A stretch of DNA of 64,000 nt, taken from the IMG/VR virus record IMGVR_UViG_3300032319_000326, positions 1 to 64,000 of that record; one strand, given 5' to 3'. How positions within the stretch are numbered: the first letter of the stretch is position 1; every line of letters begins with the position of its first letter. Under the pieces are notes generated by a model. The model had not been told where the DNA came from, ran no database searches, and saw nothing but the letters and a program-made list of their open reading frames with translations. Source of the stretch: a virus (lineage: Duplodnaviria; Caudoviricetes). The translations under genes and the position numbers were made by a program. Of the stretch, positions 45,186 through 56,189 are shown one piece after another.

Positions 45186-45328
45186 ATTGCATTTTTATCG
45201 TACGATAAAAATGAGAGAGAATTGCTCATTAATATTTGTTGTATGATAATGGATGTTCCCGGATTAAAGTGGAAAGAAAAAAATAAATGTCTTGATTTAA
45301 TTTAATTCATCTGTTACTATAGAATGAG

Positions 45329-46249
45329 ATGATTAATAGTTCGGTTATAGAAACACTTTCAAAGTTGTTTAAGCAAAAACCTCAAATCCAAAAAGGCGGA
45401 GTTGAGATATTAGTGTTTTGTCCGAATTGCAATCACCATAAAAGAAAACTAAATATCAATACTACAACAGGTTTTTATCAATGTTGGATAGGATGTGGAT
45501 TTAGCGGAAAAAGTTTTCATAGTCTTCTAAAAAAAGTAAAAGCGACCAGAGATTTTTATGAAATCCTATGTAAGGATAGACCGCGAGTTTTAGATAAAAT
45601 TAAAAAAGATGAAGTAAGACTTGAACTTCCACATGAATTTCATCCTCTATATAAATCTTCTTCTGATCCGGCATACAAACACGCATTAAATTATTGTTTG
45701 AAAAGAAATCTTAGTATACACGAAATCGTTCGTTATAATATTGGTTATTGTACAGAAGGTCCATTTGCAAATAAAGTTATTGTTCCGTCATACGATAAAG
45801 AAGGAAATTTAAATTTTTATTGTGGTCGAGATTTTTATGGAGGTAAGTTTAAATATCGACTGTGTGATGGTAGCAAAGATATAATCGGATTTGAATTATT
45901 TACGGATTTCAATCAACCAATTACAATCGTCGAAGGACCATTTGATGCTTTATCTGTTAAATATAATGTAGTTCCATTATTTGGTAAAACGTTATCAAAA
46001 AAGCTTAAGTTGAAGTTGACGGAAAATAAACCACCAAGGGTTAATGTCCTACTGGATAATGATGCTCTAACATCGAGTCTGAAAATATGTGAATTTTTAG
46101 TTTCTAACAATGTAGAAACACACTTAATTTTATTGGACGGTAAAGATCCAAGTGACATTGGTCACGAAAAAACTTGGCAAACCATCAGCTGTGGTGTTAG
46201 AATGGATGAAAGTGTATTATACAGATATAAATTAATAAATAAACTATGA
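45329..46249 (+). CDS. DNA primase (Zn finger plus TOPRIM)
   Basis: CPNC...C...C; VEGPFDA, LDND, KDPS. Confidence 0.9.
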   Translation: MINSSVIETLSKLFKQKPQIQKGGVEILVFCPNCNHHKRKLNINTTTGFYQCWIGCGFSGKSFHSLLKKVKATRDFYEILCKDRPRVLDKIKKDEVRLELPHEFHPLYKSSSDPAYKHALNYCLKRNLSIHEIVRYNIGYCTEGPFANKVIVPSYDKEGNLNFYCGRDFYGGKFKYRLCDGSKDIIGFELFTDFNQPITIVEGPFDALSVKYNVVPLFGKTLSKKLKLKLTENKPPRVNVLLDNDALTSSLKICEFLVSNNVETHLILLDGKDPSDIGHEKTWQTISCGVRMDESVLYRYKLINKL

Positions 46250-46956
46250 TCGTATTAAAAAATACCGACGATAAAATCAATTGTGTGATGCATGTTGCGG
46301 ATATTCACATTCGTTTGACAAAACGACACGATGAGTATACATCTGTATTTGAAAGATTTTATAATGCATTAGACAAAGCTAAGACTTTAAATGCAATCTT
46401 AGTTATTGCAGGCGATGTTTTTCACAATAAATCCGATTTGAGTCCCGAGTGCGTTAAAATCGGAAGTGATTTTCTAAGAAATTGCGCAGATCGTGTGCCT
46501 GTAATTCTAACCGCTGGCAATCACGATGCTACATTAGCAAATAAATCTAGACTTGACTGTTTAACCCCAATTGTACAAGCACTAAATCACCCTAATTTGT
46601 ATTATCTCAAAAATACAGAGGTATTTCGCTTTGAAAATATATTGTTTAATAATTTCAGTGTATTTGATGATCCAGATAAGTACATAAGATACGAGGATAT
46701 TCCGTCTAAATACCGTGTAGAGACGGATCATCACATTGCATTATTCCATGGGCCAGTAAACAATGCTGTTACCGATGTAGGATATACTGTAAGCAATCGT
46801 GCTATTACAAATGAACTATTTGATGGCCATCACATTGCTATGTTGGGTGACATTCACAAACATCAAGTAATTCCAAATCCCGAAATAGTTGTATCTGAAG
46901 AGGAATTGATGAAATTAGACTTAAATGAATGGGAAATTGTGGAAGAAATTCCATAG
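46246..46956 (+). CDS. SbcD/Mre11 (gp47-like) nuclease, N-terminal fragment
   Basis: ADIH, AGDVFH, GNHD, FHG, LGDIHK; lacks the final Y.xS motif. Confidence 0.9.
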   Translation: MIVLKNTDDKINCVMHVADIHIRLTKRHDEYTSVFERFYNALDKAKTLNAILVIAGDVFHNKSDLSPECVKIGSDFLRNCADRVPVILTAGNHDATLANKSRLDCLTPIVQALNHPNLYYLKNTEVFRFENILFNNFSVFDDPDKYIRYEDIPSKYRVETDHHIALFHGPVNNAVTDVGYTVSNRAITNELFDGHHIAMLGDIHKHQVIPNPEIVVSEEELMKLDLNEWEIVEEIP

Positions 46957-47036
46957 TTTTGTACAGAATTATGGAAAAGAGAGATAAAAAAATCCGATTT
47001 TGAAGTTGAGTTTTTAAAACATTTAGGCGATAAAAT

Positions 47037-49598
47037 ATGAAAAAATATGTAGTTAGAAAAAAGTATCCAGTGATTGCATACGCATCCAGTATGATTCAAC
47101 AAAATCATGGCGAAGAACTTAAAGGTCATGGATTTTTGATGTGGGATCTAAAGAGAAAAGTTTATAAACACTATGAACTAAAAAATGATTATGGCTTTTA
47201 TACAATTGAAATAAATAAAGGTAAGTTAACAACTGATATTAGTGACATCCCAAAGAAAGTTCGTATTCGTACACTTTGTTTCGAATCTATTCCATCTCAG
47301 GTAAAAGAGATTATTAATGAAGTAAAGAATAAGTGTGACATCATTGAAACTACATTCAATCGAATTGACGAACCATCAACGGATTTGACTTTAAAATCTG
47401 GCCAGATATTTGAAATTCACAACATTTTTGATGTGGATTATCAAAATAAATTAATTGAGGAAAATCTTTTATCTAAGAATGTTTCTTCCGATCTTGTCTA
47501 TAAAGTCAAAGAGTTGAATAAAACTATTAATTTAGAAATACCAAAAGATAAAGCTCCAAAGAATATTCGTTGGAAACCAAAGATGTTTGAATTTGACAAT
47601 ATGTTTAGTTACGGAGAAGGAAACGTAATTGACTTTACCAAATTAAAAGGCACAATTGGATTATTTGCTCCAAATGCAAGTGGCAAGTCTAGTATTATGG
47701 ACGCTTTGGCATTTTGTGTATTCGATAAGTTTAGCAAAGGATATAAAGCCGTTCATGTATTGAATACTCAAAAAATGAGTTTTCGTTGTAAGTTTAATTT
47801 TGAAGTAAATGGAGTAGATTATTTCATTGAACGGGATGGTAAAGCTGATAAAAAAGGAAATGTCAAGGTTGACGTTAAGTTTTATAAGATCGAAAATGAC
47901 AATGAAGTACCATTAAACGGAGAAGCTCGTCGTAGTACTAATGACATCATCAGAGATTATGTTGGTACTTACGAAGACTTTATTCTTACTGTATTAAGCA
48001 TACAAAACAGTAAAGCCGGATCATTTATTGATTTGGGTCAAACAGAACGTAAAGATTTGTTGTGCCAATTTATGGGTTTAACTGTATTTGATCAGTTATA
48101 TACAATTGCAAATGATAAGTTCAAAGAAACTAACACATTACTTAAGAATATTAGTAAAGATCAGTTAATTGAGGAGTTGCAGAACGTATCTGGTAGTATA
48201 GATTTAAATAATATTAAAATATCAGAGTGCAATGATAAAATCAAAGAGTACGAAGCTTCAAAAGAAACGTATAATAATAACTTATTAGAGTTATCTAATG
48301 ACATTGTAAAAACTGCATCATTTGATTTGGATATAACCATATTAGAATCAGAAAAGGTAAATCTTGATAACAGTATTTCTTCTTGTCAAATCGATATTGA
48401 TCTTAAAAAGACTAAGTTTTCTGAAATAGAACTACAGTTGACTGATTTGTCATCATCATTAAAAGCTTGTGAGAACATCGATGATGAATATGAACAATAT
48501 AAGTCTTACAAAGATGAAGAAGTTAAAAAATCATCCGAGATAGAAAAACTTAAAGTTGTTGTTAAGAATAAAATTGACAAACTTAAAAAGCTGGAAGATC
48601 ATAAATACGATCCAAATTGTACTTATTGTACTAATAACGTATTCGTAAAAGATGCAATCAAAACAAAAGAAGAGATTGAATCTGACAAAAACAAAGGAAA
48701 AATTTTGGTAGATGAATACAATTCTATCAAAAAGAAATTAGAATCATTTGGAGACATAGATCTTCGTTATAAAGAATGTCAGCGTGTTAATTCCGAAAAA
48801 GTTAAATTAGAAAAATCAAGAGAGATTTTATCTACTGCAATATTGCGCGATGAAAATGTTTTGATTACTCGTCAGAACAAGTTAAAGACGGTGACAGACA
48901 ATATTGATATTTTTTATAAAAACAAAGACATCATTGAAAATAACTCCAAATTATTAAAAGAAATAAACGATGTTAAAAATATTATAAAATCAATCGAATC
49001 AGATATTAAAACTATTAATAGTCGATTGTTTTCAACTTCTACTGAAAAAGGAAAGTTGGAGCTTCAATACAAGAATACTACTGATCAACTAAATAAAGTA
49101 AAAGAGTTGGAAGATTCGTATGAGGCTTATAAGTTGTATACTAATATTATCAGTAGAGATGGTATTCCATATGAAATCATCACTAAAACTTTGCCTGAAA
49201 TAGAAAAACAAGTTAATAATATTTTGCAACAAATCGTTGAATTCTCTATCACTTTACAAACAGATGGCAAGAATATTATGACTAATATTGTTTATGACGA
49301 TAAACGTTGGCCATTAGAAATGGCTAGTGGTATGGAGAAGTTTGTTAGTGGTTTGGCTATCAGAGTAGCGTTAATCAATATTAGCAATTTACCAAGACCT
49401 AACATTATCTGCATAGACGAGGGATTTGGATGTGCTGATAGCGATCATTTGGGTCAAATGGGAGCGTTGTTTAGTTATTTGAAACATCAATTTGATTTTA
49501 TTTGGATAATTAGCCATTTGGATCAGATGAGAGATATGGTAGACGAACAAGTAGAAATAAAAAAAGAAAATGGTTTCAGTAAAGTAGTATATATTTGA
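47037..49598 (+). CDS. SbcD C-terminal fragment fused to SbcC/Rad50 (gp46-like) ATPase
   Basis: IAYASSMIQQNHGE; NASGKSS, CTYC hook, ASGME, IDEGFG, ISH. Confidence 0.9.
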   Translation: MKKYVVRKKYPVIAYASSMIQQNHGEELKGHGFLMWDLKRKVYKHYELKNDYGFYTIEINKGKLTTDISDIPKKVRIRTLCFESIPSQVKEIINEVKNKCDIIETTFNRIDEPSTDLTLKSGQIFEIHNIFDVDYQNKLIEENLLSKNVSSDLVYKVKELNKTINLEIPKDKAPKNIRWKPKMFEFDNMFSYGEGNVIDFTKLKGTIGLFAPNASGKSSIMDALAFCVFDKFSKGYKAVHVLNTQKMSFRCKFNFEVNGVDYFIERDGKADKKGNVKVDVKFYKIENDNEVPLNGEARRSTNDIIRDYVGTYEDFILTVLSIQNSKAGSFIDLGQTERKDLLCQFMGLTVFDQLYTIANDKFKETNTLLKNISKDQLIEELQNVSGSIDLNNIKISECNDKIKEYEASKETYNNNLLELSNDIVKTASFDLDITILESEKVNLDNSISSCQIDIDLKKTKFSEIELQLTDLSSSLKACENIDDEYEQYKSYKDEEVKKSSEIEKLKVVVKNKIDKLKKLEDHKYDPNCTYCTNNVFVKDAIKTKEEIESDKNKGKILVDEYNSIKKKLESFGDIDLRYKECQRVNSEKVKLEKSREILSTAILRDENVLITRQNKLKTVTDNIDIFYKNKDIIENNSKLLKEINDVKNIIKSIESDIKTINSRLFSTSTEKGKLELQYKNTTDQLNKVKELEDSYEAYKLYTNIISRDGIPYEIITKTLPEIEKQVNNILQQIVEFSITLQTDGKNIMTNIVYDDKRWPLEMASGMEKFVSGLAIRVALINISNLPRPNIICIDEGFGCADSDHLGQMGALFSYLKHQFDFIWIISHLDQMRDMVDEQVEIKKENGFSKVVYI

Positions 49599-49602
49599 TA
49601 TC

Positions 49603-52254
49603 ATGAAAATATTGTTTATAACACCACATTTATCTACGGGGGGAGCTCCTCAATATCTTTTAAGAAAAATTTTAGAATTGAAGGATGCTCACGATGTATA
49701 TTGTATAGAATATTCTAACATTACAGGAGGTGTACTTGTTGTACAAAGAACTCAAATTCAAGATTTATTGGGAGATAAGCTCATAACATTATCAGACGAC
49801 AAAAATGAACTAATAAATTATATAAAAACTATAAATCCGGACATTGTTCATTTAGAAGAATTACCGGAATATTTCTGTGATAGAGAGGTTTCTAAAAAAC
49901 TATATTCAATAGACAGAAAATATAAAATTATAGAAACCTCACACGACAGCAGTTTTGACGTTTCTCAAAAACAATTTTTTCCGGACAGATTTGTTTTTGT
50001 GAGCCAATATCAAAAAAATTTATTTTCGTCGTTATCAATACCATCTGATGTAATTGAATATCCAATTTTGTACAAAATAAAGTCTGATCGTGAAACTTCG
50101 TTGTCTGTTTTAGGATTAGATCCAAACAAAAGACATTTTTTAAACGTTGGTCTATTTACTTCTAGAAAAAATCAGTCTGAAATTATAGACTATGCTAAAA
50201 CGTTAATTGATGAAAATGTACAGTTTCATTTTGTAGGAAATCAGGCAGATAACTTTAAAAGTTATTGGGAGCCTTTAATGAAAAATTTTCCTTCTAATTG
50301 TAAATTCTGGGGGGAAAGAAAAGATGTAGATGTTTTTTACAATGCGATGGATGTTTTTCTTTTTACATCTAGAGGTCATAATAACGATAAAGAAACTAGT
50401 CCATTAGTTTTACGGGAGGCTATAGGGTGGAATATGCCTATATTGATGTATAATCTTCCTGTATATAGTGGGATGTATAATACGTATAAAAATATCACTT
50501 GGTTGACAGAAAATTATGATAATAACATTTCACTTATAAAAAACTTTATTACAAAATTAGACGATTCTACTATAAAATCACCGATTGTAGAATCCACAAA
50601 TAATATATGCGATAAGTTTGACATTTATTTTGAAAAATCAAATAAAATTGTTTTTAAATACTTAGACGATAAAACCGTAATACATTGTCATATTGTTATA
50701 AAAGATATAGATTCAAACATTCCAATTTACCATTTCAAAAATGTATTTTGTAATAAATCTGTTTATTGGACTGTTCCGATTCCACAATATATTTGTGATT
50801 TTGAATTAGACAATTCGTTTAGAGGATTTTTAATAGAATTTTACGATTTAGATAAAAAAATCGTAATGTCTAAAGAGCTCTTTATTAAAAAAGATCAGAA
50901 AAATGTAAAATATAAACTTAATATAGATAATCCATTCGATTTGCTATTTCATAACTATTTGGAAATGTTTGTTAAAAAAAATTACGATTGTTATAATATT
51001 AATAATTTATCTACCGTTATAGATATAGGCGCAAATTCAGGATTATTTTCTAAACTATGTGTTGATAAAAATGTAAACCATGTATATGCTATAGAACCGA
51101 ACTCAGAGTGTATGGTTAATCTTAATAGTATATTTAAAAATGAACCACGTGTTACTATTATTAATAAAGCAATATCAAATGTTGAAGGAGACGTAGAACT
51201 TTTTACAAGTAAAGAATGTACAACTCTTGGTTCTTTAGATAAAAATCATTCAAATACAAACACAATAATACAAACGGTAAAATGTACTACATTGGAAAAA
51301 ATAGTGACTGAGTTTAATATAACCTCGATTTCATTATTAAAATTAGACGTTGAAGGAGCAGAATATTCTATACTTGAAAATTTAAGCAATAAAGTTTACG
51401 ACATTACAGATTCTATTTTATTGGAATATCACGACAATACAAATGGAAAAATTAAAAAGTTGGTAGATATTTTATCTTCTCACGGATTTAACATAACACA
51501 AGTACGTAATCATAGTAAAAATAATGAAGATATCTCTTCTAATTATATTGATGTAGATAATGCTACAATTTATGCTACCAAACTCAAACATACGAATGTG
51601 AAGGACATTTTAAAGATTTACGATTTAGCGTATCTTAAAAAGAATGAATTTTCTGATATTAGGGGGGTATGCCACGTAGGTTCACATTTAGGATCCGAGG
51701 TAACAGAATATGTTGAAAATGATGTGAATACAATGATATGGGTAGAAGCCAATTATTTGATATTAAATAAGTTAATTAAAAATACATCTAAATTTGGCAA
51801 AAATCAATATTGGTTACCTTTTACATTGTATAATAAAGACGATGTGATTAAAACGTTCAATATATCAAACAACGAAGAAAGTTCTTCGGTTTTAGATTTA
51901 GGTGAAGAACATAAAAAACAATATCCACACATTCATTATTCGAATAAAATATCAGTAATAACAAAACGATTTGATACGTATGTTAAAAACCAATCAGATT
52001 TTGATTGGTCTGATATTAATATGTTAGTAACAGATTGTCAAGGGGCTGATTTACAAGTATTGGAAGGCTTCGGCGACTTGTTAAACTCACCTTCCTTAAA
52101 AATAATAAAAACCGAAGTAAATATTGGTGAGATGTATAAGAATGGATCAACAAAGAATGACATAGCTAATTATTTATCAAAGTATAATTTTTATGAAAAG
52201 TATTATATGTATACGGACTACAGTTGGGGTGATGTAATTTGGATTCGAAAATAA
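49603..52254 (+). CDS. GT4-like glycosyltransferase fused to two FkbM-type methyltransferase domains
   Basis: HLSTGGAPQ, ExSPLVLREA; IDIGANSG/KLDVEGAE; HVGSHLG/DCQGADL. Confidence 0.85.
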   Translation: MKILFITPHLSTGGAPQYLLRKILELKDAHDVYCIEYSNITGGVLVVQRTQIQDLLGDKLITLSDDKNELINYIKTINPDIVHLEELPEYFCDREVSKKLYSIDRKYKIIETSHDSSFDVSQKQFFPDRFVFVSQYQKNLFSSLSIPSDVIEYPILYKIKSDRETSLSVLGLDPNKRHFLNVGLFTSRKNQSEIIDYAKTLIDENVQFHFVGNQADNFKSYWEPLMKNFPSNCKFWGERKDVDVFYNAMDVFLFTSRGHNNDKETSPLVLREAIGWNMPILMYNLPVYSGMYNTYKNITWLTENYDNNISLIKNFITKLDDSTIKSPIVESTNNICDKFDIYFEKSNKIVFKYLDDKTVIHCHIVIKDIDSNIPIYHFKNVFCNKSVYWTVPIPQYICDFELDNSFRGFLIEFYDLDKKIVMSKELFIKKDQKNVKYKLNIDNPFDLLFHNYLEMFVKKNYDCYNINNLSTVIDIGANSGLFSKLCVDKNVNHVYAIEPNSECMVNLNSIFKNEPRVTIINKAISNVEGDVELFTSKECTTLGSLDKNHSNTNTIIQTVKCTTLEKIVTEFNITSISLLKLDVEGAEYSILENLSNKVYDITDSILLEYHDNTNGKIKKLVDILSSHGFNITQVRNHSKNNEDISSNYIDVDNATIYATKLKHTNVKDILKIYDLAYLKKNEFSDIRGVCHVGSHLGSEVTEYVENDVNTMIWVEANYLILNKLIKNTSKFGKNQYWLPFTLYNKDDVIKTFNISNNEESSSVLDLGEEHKKQYPHIHYSNKISVITKRFDTYVKNQSDFDWSDINMLVTDCQGADLQVLEGFGDLLNSPSLKIIKTEVNIGEMYKNGSTKNDIANYLSKYNFYEKYYMYTDYSWGDVIWIRK

Positions 52255-52258
52255 TGTT

Positions 52259-53983
52259 ATGAAATTAAGTGTTATAATACCGTGTTACAATTTTTGCGAT
52301 TATATAGAAGAATGTATAAATTCTGTATTAAACCAGATCGTAAATTTTGAGTACGAAATAATCATTAGAGACGACGGTTCAAAAGATAATACCGAACATA
52401 TCGTTAAAGAAAAATTTTCTCATTTAAAAAACCTGCGATTGTTAGATTCTTCAATAAATTACGGAGTTTCACACAATCCTTTAATTCTAAATAAAGAATG
52501 TGTTGGAGAATATGTTTTTTATATAGATGGAGATGATTACTTGCTAGATCGTGATTATTTACAACGAGCTGTTGATTTTCTTGATAATAATAAAAATTAT
52601 GTGGTATACTCGTCTGGATGTAAATATAAAGAAAATGACACGATATATCCCGAGACACAGTGGGTATGTAGTGCACTTAACATCGTCACTTTAAAAGATC
52701 TATTAATAACAAATTATATTTGTTTTGGTAGAGTATACAGAAAATTACAAATAGAATCATTTGATAAATTTATAAACTTCCCATATCCCGACTGGATTTT
52801 TAATTTCGAATTATTAAAAAATGGAGATGGTTATTGTGATAATAGTAGATGGGTGGGAATATATAGATTCAGAGATGGGAGTGTGTTCAGTAAAAAAACG
52901 CCGGAAGAAAAGTATTTAAATAATGAAATAATAAAAAGAGAATTAGAGCGTCGTTATGTTAAACATACATCTAAAATACTAACCATAATTGATAGTTTTG
53001 TTCACAATGAATCTATTAAAAATAAACTAAAAAATACACTAAATTGGATGCGTGAAGATGAACATGAAGTTTTGCTTATATCTAATACTCAGATTGACAA
53101 AAATATAATAGAAAACGTAAATTATTACATATACGACAGTAATAATAGATTGTTTACAAACACATATACTAATTTACCATATTTAGATTCTTGGAAATTA
53201 ATAGGCGATATGTATCTACACGATATATCGTTCAGTCTTCAAAAACATGGATTATCCGTTTTAGTTAATTTGTTCAATGTTCTCGCATACGCTAAATCTT
53301 TGGGTTATACACATTTTCAACGATTCGAAGTGGATGATCTTTATGGACCCGAATCACGAAAGTATATAAAAAATGTTCCTGTGGAATGTTTTTTACAGAA
53401 CAAACGGGGGTTGTTTTATTATAACGATTCTAACTTTCCACCTGATATATCATTTCACTATTTTTATTGTGATATAGATTATTTTTTGTCAAAAATTCAT
53501 AAAATAACATGTGAATCAGATTATAAAAAATATCTATTAGAATTCTACAATAATCAAGATTTTAAAATCGTAGAAGTTTTTATATACGATTGTTTAAAAA
53601 AGAATTTGGACGACGAGATTTTAAAAAAATCCGGAGGGCAACAAATGTTGATTGATTTTAACGATACTGTCTGGAATACAGAAACTTCTATTTCTAATTA
53701 TCATTCCAAATATAAAGGATGCACTACTAAACTTTATAAATACAATGACGATTATATACTATTAACACACAATTATACAAATCAAGAAATTCAGAGATCC
53801 ATACGTGTAGAATATGTGGATAATAGTTCTACAAACATTATTCACACAGTATTGTGTATAAACGCTTGGAATTTTAACCATTTGCCTAAAAATATAAAAA
53901 ATATATCTGTGTATCAAGATGGAACTTTAATGTATACTGAAAACGTAAATGACGTTCATAGTTACATAACTAGAAAAAATTAA
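52259..53983 (+). CDS. GT2 glycosyltransferase with additional domain
   Basis: SVIIPCYN, DDGSKD, IDGDDY. Confidence 0.9.
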   Translation: MKLSVIIPCYNFCDYIEECINSVLNQIVNFEYEIIIRDDGSKDNTEHIVKEKFSHLKNLRLLDSSINYGVSHNPLILNKECVGEYVFYIDGDDYLLDRDYLQRAVDFLDNNKNYVVYSSGCKYKENDTIYPETQWVCSALNIVTLKDLLITNYICFGRVYRKLQIESFDKFINFPYPDWIFNFELLKNGDGYCDNSRWVGIYRFRDGSVFSKKTPEEKYLNNEIIKRELERRYVKHTSKILTIIDSFVHNESIKNKLKNTLNWMREDEHEVLLISNTQIDKNIIENVNYYIYDSNNRLFTNTYTNLPYLDSWKLIGDMYLHDISFSLQKHGLSVLVNLFNVLAYAKSLGYTHFQRFEVDDLYGPESRKYIKNVPVECFLQNKRGLFYYNDSNFPPDISFHYFYCDIDYFLSKIHKITCESDYKKYLLEFYNNQDFKIVEVFIYDCLKKNLDDEILKKSGGQQMLIDFNDTVWNTETSISNYHSKYKGCTTKLYKYNDDYILLTHNYTNQEIQRSIRVEYVDNSSTNIIHTVLCINAWNFNHLPKNIKNISVYQDGTLMYTENVNDVHSYITRKN

Positions 53984-53985
53984 TA

Positions 53986-56100
53986 ATGAATATTGTACAA
54001 GTACATCCTGGACTGTTGCCGATTCCACCAAACGGATGGGGTGCCGTGGAAAAAATAATATGGGAATATAAAACATCGTTTGAAAAATTAGGTCACACGT
54101 GTGATATTTTGTATCTTAATGATATCGACTTTTCAAAATATGACGTTGTTCATGTTCATGTAGCTAATTTGGCAATCATGATTAGAGATAAAAATATTCC
54201 TTATTATTTTACGTGTCATGATCATCACGCTTATTTATATGGTAAAGAAAGTGATGTTTTTAAAGAAAATTATGAAGCCGCTAAATTTTCTTTAAAAACT
54301 TTTGTTCCTGCTAAATATTTAGTTGATTATTTTGATTTGAAAAATGTTTTTTATTTAAGTCATGGGGTCAACAACTCTTTTTTTAAACCCAGTGATCGTT
54401 CTATAGATAATCATAAGTTGTTATGTGTAGCTAATAACGGTATATCACACGATAACTCGTATGATCGAAAAGGATTTTCGTATGCAATAAAAGCAGCTGA
54501 ATTCTTAAAATTACCAATTACAATAGTTGGTCCTGATAATAACCGACATTTCTTTGATAAATTTAACAGTGATTACGATAAATTAACCATAAAATATAAT
54601 TTAAATGAAACTGATTTATTAAAAGAATATCATTCACATAGTATATTTTTACATCTATCAGATTTAGAAGCCGGACATCCAAATCTGACATTGTTAGAAG
54701 CGATTGGATGTGGATTACCAATAGTAGGTACTTTTGAAAATAATAATGTACTGGGCGGATTATATCCAGTAGACAGAAATATGTCTGATGTAGTAAACGG
54801 AATAAATTATGTTATTTCTAATTATGAAGAATTCAAAAACCAATGTTTATCTTCAGCTAAAGTTAAAAACTGGGATAATATAATCATAAATTTATTAAAT
54901 CTGTACAGTGAAAATATGATGTCTTGTAAGTTAATAAATTTATACAACAAAACAAATATAACTTATAAATCTTCAGTTGATCCTAAAAACAGATTTATTT
55001 TTAATTTTAATAACGGTCCCAAAGTTGAAATCTTGGGTGAGAATTCAAAACACTACAATGTTAAAATGATAGATTTAAATTCGAATCAAATCATGTATGA
55101 CACAAATATTACAAATAACATGTGGTGTACGACAAATAAAAAATATTATATACCATGGCAAATTGAAATAACTCAATTAGACACAGATGAAAAATTTGTT
55201 TATAAATTGAATTTAAAAGATGTCAGAGTTAAGATAATTAACGAATCGCCTTCTTTGGGAGATTATATATCTTGGATTTCATACATCGATAAATTTCAAA
55301 AAGAGCACGGATGTATAGTTGATTTTTTCACTCCAAATAAAAACTTGTTTAAAACGTCGTATAAAAATTTAAACTTTTATAATTACAACGAATCTTCTAA
55401 CGTAACATATTTCGCTACCTATAGAATAGGATGTTTTGAACCAACAAATAGAGACTTGTCTCCCACAGATTATAGAGAACAAAATTTACAACAAATTGCA
55501 GCGAACATACTAGGATTCAAATATGTTGAAATAGTTCCTAATATTGATGTAGTCTATACTGACAGAAAGTTAAAAGAAAAATATGTTTGTATTTCAACCG
55601 CCTCAACGTCAGGATGTAAACATTGGCATCATGAAAATGGATGGCAAAAAGTAGTAGATTATTTAAATCAAATGGGATTTAAAGTAGTGGTGATACAAAA
55701 AGAACCTTTAAATTATATGGATTTAAATGATTTACATAACGTTATACATCCGAAAACAGAAAACGTCGATGATGCAATTAATTGGTTGATTAATTGTGAA
55801 TTTTTTATAGGTTTAAGTTCCGGTATAAGTTGGTTAGCGTGGGCTTTAAAAAAACCAGTCATAATGATAAGTGGATTTACAAAAACGTTTAATGAATTTA
55901 ATACTCCTTATAGATTAACAAACGAATCGGTTTGTAATGGTTGTTGGAATAATTCGTTGTATAAATTAGACGGGGGAGATTGGAATTGGTGTCCTGTAAA
56001 CAAAAATAATGATGATCGATTTATTTGTAGTAAATCTATTACTGCTGATAAAGTTTTAAAAACTATAGATAAATTGGTTTTAGAAAAAAATATTGGTTAA
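53986..56100 (+). CDS. GT4 domain fused to an autotransporter O-heptosyltransferase-like (GT9-type) domain
   Basis: GWGAVEKII; SLGD, KHWH, FIGLSSGISWLAW, CNGCWN...WNWCP...CSK. Confidence 0.8.
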   Translation: MNIVQVHPGLLPIPPNGWGAVEKIIWEYKTSFEKLGHTCDILYLNDIDFSKYDVVHVHVANLAIMIRDKNIPYYFTCHDHHAYLYGKESDVFKENYEAAKFSLKTFVPAKYLVDYFDLKNVFYLSHGVNNSFFKPSDRSIDNHKLLCVANNGISHDNSYDRKGFSYAIKAAEFLKLPITIVGPDNNRHFFDKFNSDYDKLTIKYNLNETDLLKEYHSHSIFLHLSDLEAGHPNLTLLEAIGCGLPIVGTFENNNVLGGLYPVDRNMSDVVNGINYVISNYEEFKNQCLSSAKVKNWDNIIINLLNLYSENMMSCKLINLYNKTNITYKSSVDPKNRFIFNFNNGPKVEILGENSKHYNVKMIDLNSNQIMYDTNITNNMWCTTNKKYYIPWQIEITQLDTDEKFVYKLNLKDVRVKIINESPSLGDYISWISYIDKFQKEHGCIVDFFTPNKNLFKTSYKNLNFYNYNESSNVTYFATYRIGCFEPTNRDLSPTDYREQNLQQIAANILGFKYVEIVPNIDVVYTDRKLKEKYVCISTASTSGCKHWHHENGWQKVVDYLNQMGFKVVVIQKEPLNYMDLNDLHNVIHPKTENVDDAINWLINCEFFIGLSSGISWLAWALKKPVIMISGFTKTFNEFNTPYRLTNESVCNGCWNNSLYKLDGGDWNWCPVNKNNDDRFICSKSITADKVLKTIDKLVLEKNIG

Positions 56101-56189
56101 AATTTAAAAAGATATAATAAATAGTTTAATCTTGACTTTTTTCTGTTATATTTATTGATTAAATATAACTTTGAAAGGATATTAATATT

